A stretch of 64,000 nt of DNA from Pristiophorus japonicus (lineage: Eukaryota), in contig NC_091986.1 of NCBI RefSeq assembly GCF_044704955.1, forward strand, positions 41,354,001-41,418,000, given 5' to 3'. The position numbers were made by a program, and so were the translations under genes. This document shows, piece by piece, positions 1 through 11,800 of the stretch. Under the pieces are notes generated by a model, which saw only the letters and a program-made list of their open reading frames with translations, did no database searches and was not told where the DNA came from. Position 1 is the stretch's first letter. Every line of letters begins with the position of its first letter.

Positions 1-425
1 TACTCATTGGAAGTCAGAAGAATGAGAGGTGATCTTATCGAAATGTATAAGATTATGAGGGGGCTTGACAAGGTGGATGCAGAGAGGATGTTTCCACTGA
101 TGAGGGAGACTAGAACTAGAGGGCATGATCTTAGAATAAGGGGCCGCCTATTTAAAACTGAGATGAGGAGAAATTTCTTCTCTCAGAGGGTTGTCAATCT
201 GTGGAATTCACTGCCTGAGAGAGCTGTGGAAGCTGGGACATTGAATAAATTTAGGGCAGAAATAGACAGTTTCTTAAACGATAAGGGGATAAGAGGTTAT
301 GGGGAGCGGGCGGGGAAGTGGAGCTGAGTCCATGATCAGATCAGCCATGATCTTATTGAATGGCGGAGCAGGCTCGAGGGGCAGTTTGGCCTACTCCTGC
401 TCCTATTTCTTATGTTCTTATGATC
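1..425 (+). mobile_element. CR1 LINE 3' end (ORF2 C-terminus, 3' UTR, microsatellite tail)
   Basis: ORF 7-327 reads RRMRGDLIE..TRGH..FFSQRVVNLWNSLP, the CR1 ORF2 C-terminus. It is followed by the 3' UTR and a TTATGTTC-type tail. Confidence 0.9.
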
Positions 426-888
426 TTCTGTTTGACCTTGAGCAACAGCTGGTAGGTTATTCACTGGTGGCTCAAGTACCTTTAAGAAGTTTATATCTCT
501 TATTTGTTGTACAAAAATTTCTATTTACAGAAACAATTCACATCAGAATTACTATATTTTTATTACTGTACACCACTACTAAAACTTACATAAACGCAAG
601 TGTTTCTATTATTTTAATCTACCTTTAAATGGACAAAATATGTATTTTATTGTTAACTACATTAAAGGAATATATCATAATATATTGGAAGAAATACTGT
701 TTATTTATTGCTGTTCATGGGCTCCATTATCTAGTTGCATTTATAATTTAAACACTCAGTCCTGCTCACCCCTCTGTACCACCAACTTCACTTTGCCCCT
801 CCTGGCCTGCTCTGCTCCAAGACCATCCTCCTACTCCTCCGAGAAATGCAGCCATCTAGAAACCACAAAGTGCCAGTTTCAAAATAAA

Positions 889-1050
889 TTACAACAACTT
901 GCATGTATACAGCGACTTTAACTTTGTAAAATGTCCCAAGGTGCTTCACAGGAACGTTACCAAACAGAATTTGACAACGAGCCATTTAAGGTGATATTAG
1001 GGATATTAAGACAGGTGACTAAAAGCTTGATTAAAAAAGGCAGGTTAGGT
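889..1050 (-). mobile_element. L2-type LINE 3' end fragment
   Basis: ACAACAACTTGCATGTATACAGCG...GTAAAATGTCCCAAGGTGCTTCACAGG is the reverse complement of the L2-like tail seen many times in the window. Confidence 0.7.
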
Positions 1051-1099
1051 AATCGTTCTTAAACCGCTAACTAATACATCAATGAATTGTTCCATTCTG

Positions 1100-1428
1100 C
1101 CATTCACACCCCATCTTGACTCATCTTTTGTTTCTTAACTTATTCCATTACCATCTCATTTTGTCCACCATCCCTTTTGTCTCTTAACCTCTTCTGCCTT
1201 CCACCCTATCACAGACTTTCCCTTTTGTTCTTTCCTCCCCTCCCCCTTTCATTGCCACTGTACTTCCTTAAGAATCTCTGTTACATCTCGAATTTTTCCA
1301 GTTCTGACGAAGGGTCACAGATCTGAAACACTAACTCTGTTTCTCTCCACAGATGCTGCTTGACCTGCTGAGATTTCCAGCATTTTCTGTTTTGATTTCA
1401 GATTCCAGCATCCGCAGTATTTTGCTTT
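1100..1428 (+). mobile_element. Penelope-like element terminal repeat fragment with minimal hammerhead motif
   Basis: CTGACGA-A-GGGTC-ACA-GATCT-GAAAC at 1304-1329, followed by CACAGATGCTGC..CTGCTGAG..CCAGCATTTTCTG. A homologous copy lies at 63105-63243. Confidence 0.65.
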
Positions 1429-1939
1429 TAAATGAATTGTTCCATCTTTGCGCCAAATTAATTTGCTCAATTTAATTTATTTATTCGTCGACATCGATTC
1501 CTCATTCCCACTATCAAATCTAAGGTCGCTAAATACTGAATTAAAATTAATAATTTATTGATTGCCACCATGAACCTACTGACCATCCATTAAATAACTC
1601 TCTTCTCGTTATATATTAATTTATTTAATTTTCCATGTTCAATTCATTGTCATGCTCCATTGTTTCCCTCACTTTCTCAAATCTGAAAATATAAAATGTA
1701 AATAATTCCAACATGTAAACAAACCACTGGGAGTTGGGCGTCATTACAACTCAACAAGATTACACAGCAGTTTCCATCATAAATGTGGACATGGGAATTT
1801 ATACTGGAAATATAAAAATAAGGACAGAATGTAAGAAATGACAACTGCATTACACCTGCGTCTCCTGGTCCAATCTTGTTTCATCTGAAGACTACCTTTG
1901 ATCTTGACTCCCTTTGGCCCAGATGCTGACTAGATTCCT

Positions 1940-2246
1940 GCAGCCTGCCAACCCTCCAAGATCTTTGTGCTCCTCCAGTTCTGGCCTATTGGGCATCCCC
2001 GATTTTAATCACTCCACCACTAGCAGCTATGCCTTAAGCTGATTCAGTCCCAGGCTCTGGAATTCCTTCCGTAAACCTCTCCGCCTTTAGGGCACTCCTT
2101 AAAACCCACCTCTGACCAAGCTTGTGTCACCTGCGCTAATATCTCCTAATAAGGTTCAGTGTCAAAGGTTATCTGATAACACTCCTGTGAAGAGCCTTGG
2201 GATGTTTTACTACATTAAAAACGCTATATAAATGCAAGTTGTTGTT
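1940..2246 (+). mobile_element. L2 LINE 3' end
   Basis: CTCTGGAATTCC..CTCCTTAAAACCCACCTC..GCTATATAAATGCAAGTTGTTGTT tail. Confidence 0.75.
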
Positions 2247-2329
2247 ATACCATAAGTGTGTTATGTACTAAGGATCCTGTCCTTTCAAAAGACCAAGTCA
2301 AAATTTCCCATGAGCTCTCTTAAAATCAC

Positions 2330-2414
2330 CTGCTCCTGAATGTCTTCAGGTGTTAAGCCCAAAGGAGGCATCTCAGCATAACGGTTATTGATAACATAGC
2401 GAGGTTCAAACACC
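2330..2414 (-). CDS. Putative internal coding exon of an unidentified minus-strand host gene (VFEPRYVINNRYAEMPPLGLTPEDIQEQ)
   Basis: Unique sequence with an open frame bounded by ccatAG| and CAG|GTGATT on the minus strand. An alternative acceptor lies at 2438. The protein was not recognised. Confidence 0.3.
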
Positions 2415-4249
2415 CTATGGGAATCCAGGTATATGTAGCTGCAGTTAATTTATTTACATTTCTCCAACCCCCCCACCCAAGATTGTTTTGCATTTGTAAT
2501 AAAGTGTGATGCATTTGAAAGCATGGAACAGTAGGCCATATAGCCCATCAAACCTACTCTTTGCACAGATCTACCCCAGAGATTCTGTCTCACCTATTTA
2601 ATCAAAGAAACTTGCAAATATCCCCTGATCTCCAAGGTAATTAGGTAAAATTGCCGCATATTCGCTCATGCTCACATCTCTGTTACTGAACCTTTTCCTG
2701 CTTCTTTCTACAGACACTCACTCTCGCCCTATCACACTCCCAATACTCCTCCAGCACAGCAACCAACGTGGCCCGCGGAATATCGGATTCCTCATAACCT
2801 TCAATTTCTTCACCAGCCAGATACTTATACAATTCCCTTTTAAGCCATTAATTGACAAAACATCTGATTTTGATGCGAGTCTTCGAAGGAAACATGGTAC
2901 CATCTAAGCCTCGCAATTCAAAGTCACTTAATTTAAGTTGCATAATAATTTATTTTAGCACTATTTATATTGTTTAATTTAAATTCAAATTATCGGATAA
3001 TTTAATTCTTTTTTAGTGCAAAGTGTGACTTTGACTTATTAGGCCCATTTATTTAAGTCCGAAGAAGTACAACTTCTTCTAATACAAAAACTGCTTTCAG
3101 TTCCAACAGGACCTTCTGTGAATCTGTAACATTACATTCTCAGCATCGTTGCAAAACCAACCATAATAAAGTTCAATGCATGACAATACGCCAAAGTAAT
3201 CACATACATACTCTACTTTTAATTACCAATTAAAACAAATCTTTGCATTTTCTTGGGTTTTCTGACTTATTACCAGTACTATAGTTGTCTGGCACACTAT
3301 TCCATGTTTGGATCAACAACTTCATTCTCAACTAAAAGCATTGTCACAATAGAAACCATTATTAAATTACTTTACTATAGTCAGTTACTGCATTATAACA
3401 AAGGATAGCAAGTAAAGCTCCTTACAAATTGACGGTGGGGGGAGTGATGGAGAGGGCGAGAAACTCTATTCTACAAAAAAGGTAGCTAAGCCTCCTCCAA
3501 TTATTCAGAGAATAAAATGTACCAACTCGTGGTACTCGGCCATGGTAACAAGGATGGCTCGCTGAGCAATGCATCTCAGTGGACTTCTCTTGCAGAACAG
3601 TAACACAGGAAAGCCGCTGAACTGAACTGGAGTCACCACATATTATTATTTTGACAAACTGCATAACACCTTGAACAGAAAGTTCAAGACTTTCTCTAAC
3701 TCCAGCTCTCCTACTGCATTGAGCTGGGAGGAGAGTTAAGGTTGTGCATTTTACTGTTGGCGTGCTACTACTAATCAATGCCAGCTCGGTGATCCATGCT
3801 GCTAATGCGGTTACCGAACACACAGCAAACACTGCACTTTGATGCCCCCATTATCTGCAATGTAAGATTTTGATACACATTACAAAGAAGGGATAAGTAC
3901 TTCTTCAAAATCGGTAAAATGACGAGTAAATTGAAGAAACTGCAAAACTGTATAGTGTATGAATTACCCTGACCACCAATTCCTCAATTGCTATGAGCCT
4001 TGAATTACCTTGAGTAGAAATTGGGGTGGCGGATACATGACAATCTCTTACTAGAAAAGAAACAGCCAATTTGCACGAAGACTCAGCACCGTATCATGGG
4101 ATTCACATTACATCACAAAAGTAAGAAAAATTAAATTAGTGCTGTTAAAAACTAAATAATCTTGAAGCAGAAGTCACCGAAAGCAGAATTACTAATTGTT
4201 TGTTAGTTAGTTTAGAGAATCAGAGTGACTATTTGTACTAGTTTTCTAT

Positions 4250-4480
4250 CCGTCCTTCTGCACATGTGCACATTGGACTCCATCCCCTTTTTGACCATGG
4301 GCCTCGATGCACAGTGCAACGTACAAGGAAGCCGGAAGTCAGAAGTGGGGCCATACAACGAGCCCGCGTGGAGCTGGAGAAACATTTTCTGCCGCTGGAG
4401 CCTGGAGCTGGATTTGCTTCCAGCTTTTGCATTATTTGGAATATTTTTGCGGCCTTCTGTGGGAGAGAAGGCATCGGAGC
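4250..4480. promoter_or_regulatory. Possible CpG-containing promoter or first exon
   Basis: Unique CpG-richer stretch with an ETS-like GCCGGAAGT motif (about 4331-4339) after AT-rich DNA. There is no direct transcript evidence. Confidence 0.25.
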
Positions 4481-5470
4481 GAGTGAGAGAAAGCCGGGGG
4501 AAGGAGATAGAGAGCTGGGGGGGGGAAGGAGGGAGAGAGAGCCGGAGGGGAAGGAGGGACGGAGGGAGAGAGAGAGAGAGCCGGAGCGAGNNNNNNNNNN
4601 NNNNNNNNNNNNNNNNNNNNNNNNNNNNNNNNNNNNNNNNNNNNNNNNNNNNNNNNNNNNNNNNNNNNNNNNNNNNNNNNNNNNNNNNNNNNNNNNNNNN
4701 NNNNNNNNNNNNNNNNNNNNNNNNNNNNNNNNNNNNNNNNNNNNNNNNNNNNNNNNNNNNNNNNNNNNNNNNNNNNNNNNNNNNNNNNNNGGGAGAGGAG
4801 AGGGATGGGGGGAGAGAGGATAGAGGGGAGAGAGGAGTGGGGGGCAGAGAGGAGAGGAGGGGGCGGAGAGGAGGAGGGGGGGAGGGAGAGGAGAGGGGGG
4901 GAGAGGAGAGGGTGGGGGTACAGGAGAGGGAGCGGGGGGAGAGGAGGGGGAGAGGGGAGGGGGAGAGAGGGGAGAGAGGAGGGGGGAGAGAGGAGAGGAG
5001 AGGGAGGGGGGAGAGAGGTGGAGGGTGAGAGAGGGGGGGTGAGAGAGGAGAGCAGAGAGAGAGAGGGGGGCCGGGGGGGAGTGGACCAGACCGGACCTGG
5101 GGGGGGGGGGGGAGCGGGAGGTGGAGCCAGAGTGGAGCGGGAGTTGTGGGGGCGGGGGGGCGGGGGAGAGCGGCAGGCAGCGGAGCGTGAGCTGAACGGG
5201 GTGGGCAGGGGAATGCGGGAGAGAGCCGGACCAGGAGCGGGAGCTGGAGCTGAGGGTAGGGGGGGGAGGCGGGAGTGAGCCGGACCGGGAGCGGGAGCTG
5301 GGGGGGGCAGTGGGGGGTGCGGGAGAGAGAGCTGGACCGGGAGTGGGAGCAGGGGGGAGGGGGGACGGGAGAGAGCCGGACCAGGAGTGGGAGCTAAAGG
5401 GAGGGTGATGTGGGAGAAAGCCAGGGGCAGGGTGGGACGGTGGGAGCCGGAGCAGGAGCTGAAGAGGAGG
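4480..5470. repeat. GA/G-rich low-complexity tract containing a 200-N assembly gap (4591-4790)
   Basis: Visible directly. Includes degenerate GAGAGCCGGACCAGGAGCGGGAGCT units. Confidence 0.95.
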
Positions 5471-5697
5471 GAGGTCCAGTCGATCTTCGCCACCCCAGTG
5501 AGCCCATTCAGCCAGGCCTAGGGGCGGCGTGCTTCGGGCCCCTCCCATACAGCCTCGGGCGCCTGGAGCTACTGCACATGTGCGCGCACTATAGCGGCAG
5601 AATACCAAGGTAAGTTTTAGGCGCGGTTTTTGAGTGCGAAAGTCAGGGGTGGCTTGCGGGGCTGTGCCGTTCTAGGCACGGCCCGAAACTTGACCCC
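5471..5697. mobile_element. Right arm of a non-autonomous PIF/Harbinger-like element
   Basis: GC-rich sequence ending in a TIR-like GAAACTTGACCCC that abuts and truncates the HARBI1-like ORF. Confidence 0.55.
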
Positions 5698-7514
5698 ATA
5701 CCCACCACGGGCCCTTTCCTGCGGTCTGGAGGGGGGCGTGGGCATGGTTGCACAGTCAGCCTGAATTTCTGGCCCTAAGTCAGCGTCCAGCCCCTCGTCC
5801 GCCTCTTCCTCTCTCTCCTGAGGTGGACCATCAGTCCCTTCTGGCAATTCTTGTCCCCTCCTGATAGCCAGGTTGAGCAGCATGGAGCACACGACCATGA
5901 ATTTAGCTACTTGCTCAGGGTTGTATTGTGGCTCCCCTCCTGAGTGCTCCAGGCATCTAAAGCGCTGCTTAAGTACAGTAATTGTTTTCTGGACCACATT
6001 GTGTATGTCTCTGTGGCTCTCGTTGTATCGCTTCTCGGCTTCGGTCTGGGTATCAGGCAGGTGGGTCATCAGCCAGATGGCTAGGCCATATCAGTTGTCA
6101 CCAAGCATCCTTGTCCTTGTGGCTGACTCTGAAACATGTCAGAGACAGCGCTCTCACGCAGGATGTGAGCCTTATCGAAGCTGCCCAGACATTTGGCATT
6201 CAGTGCCATTATTATCTGGTTGTGGTCAATAGCTAGTTGGACCTTCAGGGAGTGAAATCCTTTTCTGTTACGAAAAAGCTCTGGGTCCTGAGAAGGTGCC
6301 CGCATGGCGATGTGAGTACACTGTATTGCTCCCTGTACCTTGGGGAACTTAGCAATGCAGTAGAATGCTCCAGCCCTGTCAGTCTGAGCCTCCGTGGTCA
6401 TGGGGAAGCTGATAAAGTCCATCCTACGCACATACAGGGCCTCCGTAACCTGTCTAATGCAACGATGTGTGGCATGGTGAGACAGAGGGGGAATTTCGAC
6501 CACGGAGGCCCGAAAGGAACCGGACGCGTAGAACGACAGTGCCGCGGTGACCTTGACCTCGATGGACAGTGATGTCCTGATGGCAGGCTGTATATCTGCC
6601 CTGATGAGCTGCCATATATCAGTGATCACCACTTTGTGGAAGCGCAGTCTCCGAAGGCAGGTGCTCTTGGACACGTCGAGTTAAGACCTCTTCTCCCTGT
6701 AAGTGCAGGGTGTGTATGGTCTGGACCTCCTCCTCATTCTGGCACATCTTAGATTGGGCACATAATGGTGTGCATTAGATGTTGTGCCATTTGCACTCTG
6801 CAGCATCTGCGTATTAATCGATGCAGGCTGAGAAATGGCTGGCCCCATTCCAATGAAAGTATAATACCGATTGATCAGAAGCAATAATTTCCACACTAAA
6901 AAACACCAACAGTAAAACCCAATTGTCCACAGTCTGAAAAGATGCCTGTGAGATGGTTACTTCACCTGAGAAGAACTCCAGAGTCAAGCCAAACTCCTCC
7001 AAAGTTGAAGCAGCCATTTCAATGAAGCGACATGCAATTTGAAAAATGGCGCCCGCACTGCAGTGATTAGTTCAGAACAGTTCCACTTTTTCAGAGCGAT
7101 ATTTTGGGCGAGCGATATTGTGGGCGAGATGTGTGCAAGGTGGTGAAAGTGGCGCTGGGCGATATACTGGGCGCTAGTTTCGGCAAATTTGATCTTTATG
7201 ACAAAAAAAAGTGGGTGGTCAGTATTATTGAATCTCGGCGTTAATTACATGCGGAAAGTAACGCTGGCCGATATTATGGGCGTTGGTTTTGCCCATTCTG
7301 ATGATTCCGCCCAATAAAAGTGGGCGGGCGGTATTATTTTTTCCCGCCATTACGTACATGGCGAAAGTAATGCTCGGCGACAAGTGTCCAAAAAATGGCC
7401 GTCAGTTTCCATTTTGTGATAAATGGGCGATATCTGGGCATTACACCTCATTTCAGCGGTAAAATGGACATTAAGTGGGCGTTATGCATGCAAAAATAAT
7501 GGAAAATCTAGCCC
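5698..7514 (-). mobile_element. PIF/Harbinger DNA transposon, partial
   Basis: Contains transposase fragments, GGGCG-rich subterminal repeats (7080-7500) and a terminal GGAAAATCTAGCCC (reverse complement GGGCTAGATTTTCC). Confidence 0.85.
5700..6896 (-). pseudogene. HARBI1-like Harbinger transposase pseudogene
   Basis: ORF pieces RRLRF..KVTAALSFYASGSF..FPKVQGAIQCTHI..NRKGFHSL..YNESH..LKQRFRCL. There is a stop at 6681-6683 and a frameshift near 6075, and the catalytic GAID motif is changed to GAIQ. Confidence 0.9.
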
Positions 7515-8040
7515 ATAGAATTAACATCACAGAAAAAGGACATTCAGCCCAACTGGTCCATGCAGTCCTCCTCCCACCCCCCTTCATCTCACCCAATCAG
7601 CATAAACTTCTATTCCCACATGTATTGATCTCGCTTCCCCTTGGATGCATTTATGCTATTCACCTCATCCACTTCGTGTGGTAGCAAATTCCACATTCTT
7701 ACCACTCTCTGGGTAAAGACATTTCACTTGAATTCCCGATTGGATTTATTAGTGACTATCTTTTATTTATGGCCCCTAGTTTTGGTCTCCCTCACAAGTG
7801 GAAACATCGTCTCTGTATCTACTCTATCAAATCCTTTCATAATTTTAAAGACTTCTATTGAGTCACCCCTCATTTTCACTTTTCCGGAGAAATGAGGCAC
7901 AACCTGTTCAGTCTTTTCTGATCATTATAACCTTGCAGTTCTGGTATCATTCTTGTCAATCTTTTTTGCACCTTCTTCGGTGCATCTATATCCTTTTTGT
8001 AACATAGAGACCAGAACTGTGCACAGTACTCCAAGTGGTT
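7515..8040 (-). mobile_element. CR1 LINE 3' fragment, degraded
   Basis: Reverse-strand remnants of LEYCAQFWS..TQRVVRMWN with a CATAGAA tail. Confidence 0.75.
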
Positions 8041-8724
8041 AGCCATGTATCGAGTTATAGTATAGAGTTATAATTATATAGAATCCGTTGTTTCACAATC
8101 AATAATATAGCTATCCATTGTAAAAACTGATCACTTCCTGTGATTGATGTACTGCTGCACCACAGTCATTTATTTTTAAATTAAGTTTTAAGTCATGAAG
8201 ATTTATTAATGCAATCACATGTGTGCAACAAAGGTGTCCACGCTTTTCAGTGGCCGATCCCAATACCAGAAACGAAGCTGGTCCTTTCTCAAACAAATTG
8301 ATTCATTGTCAGCACTAAACATTGCACAATTCAGCTGTTTTAATCTCTTCCGTCCTAACACTTGCTGGTACAGTGCATTAAACAAGGGTTTTCATTTCTT
8401 TTTGGCATTTGTTGCAACATGGCCCTGAGATGCTCAAAGGTTTAATGAGTTCCTTTGTTAAAGTACGCTTCCAGAGGCTATTGGTTATTTAAGTAACTCA
8501 AGTGAGAAAGAATTTCTTTGGAAACAATAAATTTCTAATTCACTTCAGATAATTGGATTTCCACTCTACTGTTAAGTAACCTTTCCAATTAAAAAATCCA
8601 TTGGTTTTCAGTTCTCTGTAGGGTTTTTTACTGAATATAGCAGATGTATAGTTGAAACCAAAGGGTTTTTTTGTGTTTCATTGAAAATACTTATTAAACT
8701 GTTTGATAAAAGCTAGAAAATTAA

Positions 8725-8870
8725 CTGAGATTGATAGATTTTTGTTAAGCAAGTGTTTAAGGGTTACTAAACCAAGGCGGTCAGATGGAGTTAAGATACA
8801 AATCAGCCATGATCAAATTGAATGGCAGAACAGGCACGAGGGCTAAATGGCCTACTCCTGTTCCTATGTT
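8725..8870 (+). mobile_element. CR1 3' UTR fragment
   Basis: GAGATTGATAGATTTTTG..CAGCCATGATC..GGCCTACTCCTGTTCCTATG. Confidence 0.7.
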
Positions 8871-8874
8871 TTAT

Positions 8875-11800
8875 CATCGAATCATAGAAGTTTACAGCAC
8901 GGGAGAAGGTCATTTTGACCCATCGTGTCCACGCCAGCCTAATCCCACTTTCCAGCTCTAGGTCCATAACCCTGCAGGTTACGGCAATTCAAGTGCACAT
9001 CCAAGTACTTTTTAAATGTGGAGAGGGTTTCTGCCTCTACCACCCTTTCAGGCAGTGAGTTCCAGACCTCCACAACCCCCTGCGCGAAGAAATTTCCCCT
9101 CAAATCCCCTCTAAACCTTCTACCAATTACTTTAATTTTATGCCCCCTGGTTGTTGACCCCTCTGCTAAGGGAAATAGGCCTTTTCTATCCACTATATCT
9201 AGACCCCTCATAATCTTATACACCTCAGCCTCCTCTGTTCCAAGGAAAACAAACCCAGCCTATCCAATCTGTCCTCATAGCTAAGATTCTCCACTCCCGG
9301 CAACATCCTCGTAAATCTTCTCTGTATCCTCTCCAGTGCAATCACATCGTTCCTGTAATGCGGTGTCCAGAACTGCACGCAGTACTCCAGCTGTGGCCTA
9401 ACCAGTGTTTTATACAGTTCAAGCATAACCCACCTGCTCTTATATTCTATGCCTCAGCTAATAAAGGCAAGAATTCCGTATGTCTTCTTAAACACCTTAT
9501 CCACCTGGCCTGCTACCTTCAGGGATCTGTGGACATGCACTCCCAGGTCCCTTTGTTCTTCTAAACTTCTCAATGTCCTACCATTTAATGTGTATTCCTT
9601 TTCCTTGTTAGCCCTCCCCAAATGCATTACCTCACACTTCTCTGAATTAAATTCCATTTGCCACTGTTCTGCCCACCCGACCAGTTGATTGACATCTTCC
9701 TGCAGTCCGCAGCTTTCTTCTTCATTATCAACCACACAGCCTATTTTTGTATCATCTGCAAACTTCTTAATCATACCCCCTATATTCAAGTCGAGATCAT
9801 TGATGTATACCACAAAAAGCAAGGGACCTAGCACCGAGCCCTGCGAATCCCCACTGGAAACATCCTTCCAGTCACAAAAATATCCATTACCCTTTGCTTC
9901 CTGCGTCTGAGCCAATTTTGGATCCAAGTTGCCACTTTGCCCTGGATCCTATGGGCTTTTACTTTCGTGACCAGTCTGCCATGTGGGACCTTATCGAAAG
10001 CTTTGCTAAAATTCAAATACACTACATCATACATCGACCCTCCTGGTTACCTCTTCGAAAGATTCAATCAAGTTAGTCAGGTACGACCTTCCCTTAACAA
10101 ATCTGTGCTGACTGTCCCTGATTCATGCGTGTCTTTCTAAATGTAGATTTATCCTGTCCTTCAGGATTCTTCCAATAATTTCCCCACAACTGAGGTTAGG
10201 CTGACTGGCAAGTAATTACTCGGTCTATCCCTTTCTCACTTCTTAAACAAAGGTACAACATTAGCAGTCCTCCAGTCCTCTGGCACCATAGCTGAAGCCA
10301 GAGAGGATTGGAAAATGATGGTCAAAGCCTCTGCTATTTCCTCTTTTGCTTCGCTTAATAGCCTAGGATACATTTCAATCGGGCCTGAGGACTTATCCAC
10401 TTTCAAAGCTGCTAAACCCCTTAATACCTCTTCTCTCACTATGTTTATTTCATCTAATATTTCACACTCCTCCTCCTCCTCGATAGCAGTGTCTGCATCG
10501 CCCCTCTATTTTGTAAAAACAGACGCAAAGTATTCATTAAGAAACATACCCACATCTTCCGCCTCCACACACAGATTACCCTCATGGTCTTTAATAGGCC
10601 TACCCTTTCTTTAATTATTCTCTAAATATGCTCTTAATATATTTATAAAACATCTTTGGGTTTTCCTTGATTTTACTTGCCAAGAATTTTTCATGCTCTC
10701 TCCTTGCTTTCCTAATATCCCTTTTGATCTCACCCTGGACTTTCTATACTCCTCAGGAGATTCTGCAGTATTTAACCCTCAGTATCTGTCATAAGTTTCC
10801 CTTTTTTTCTTTATCCTACACTGTACATCTAGACATCCAGGGCTCTAGATTTGTTAGTCCCACTCTTTTTCTTTAAGGGTACATATTTGACCTGAATCCT
10901 GCAGATCTCCTCCTTGAATGCCTCCCACTGCTCTGACACTGATTTACCTTCAAGTAGCTGTTTCCAGTCCACTTTGGCTGAATCACTTCTCAGCTTAGCA
11001 AAGTTGGCTTTTCCCCAATTTAGAACTTTTATTCCTGTTCTAACCTTGTCCTTTTCCATAACTACCTTAAATCTAACTGAATTATGGTCACTGGCACCTA
11101 AATGCTCTCCCACTGATACCCCTTCCATCTGCCCTGCTTCATTCTCGAAAATTAAATCCAGAACCGCCCCCTCCCGTGTCGGGCTTGCTACACGCTGGCT
11201 AAAAAAGTTATCTTAAATGCATTTTAGGAATTCCGCACCCTCTAAACCCTTCACACTAATGTTGTCCTAGTTAATATTAGGATAGTTGAAATCCCCTACT
11301 ATTACTGCCCTATGGTTTTTGCACTTCTCAGAAATTTGCCTACATATTTGCTCTTCTATCTCCCTCTCACTGTTTGGGGGTCTATAGTACATGCCCAGCA
11401 GTGTGATCGCCCCTTTTTTATTTTTCGGTTCGATCTATATGACCTCGTTTGATGATCCCTCGAACATATCAGCCCTCCTTACAGCTGTAATAGTTTCTTC
11501 AATCAATACCGCGACCCTCCTCCCTTTTTACCCCTCTTTCTATCCCGTCTGAAAATCCTGTAACCAGGAATGTTAAGCTGCCATACCCACCCCTCTTTTA
11601 GCCATGTCTCTGTAATAGCTATAATATCATACTCCCAAGTGTCTACCTGTGCTCTCAGCTCATCTGCCTTATTCACCATACTCCTTGCATTAAAGTATAT
11701 ACCATTTAGTATAGCCAGATCTCCTTGTTGCCTACTTTCTAGCCCTTGTTTCCTTTGTCCTTCAAATTCACTTTCTACATTTTTGTTTTCCAATTCCAGC

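Noticed and set aside
2718-2903. Minus-strand ORF/exon with a GTGAGT donor
   Set aside because: Another frame reads LKRELYKYLAGEEIEGY, a decayed CR1 ORF2 C-terminus.
3422-3832. 136-aa minus-strand ORF in unique DNA
   Set aside because: Non-ATG start, no recognisable motif and no supporting splice structure.
4225-5608. Long Pro-rich and Gly/Glu/Arg-rich ORFs (up to 456 aa)
   Set aside because: Artefacts of GA-rich low-complexity sequence read through the N gap.
5700-6896. Domesticated host HARBI1 gene
   Set aside because: It has a stop, a frameshift, mutated catalytic Asp motifs and an adjacent TIR, so it is a dead transposon copy.
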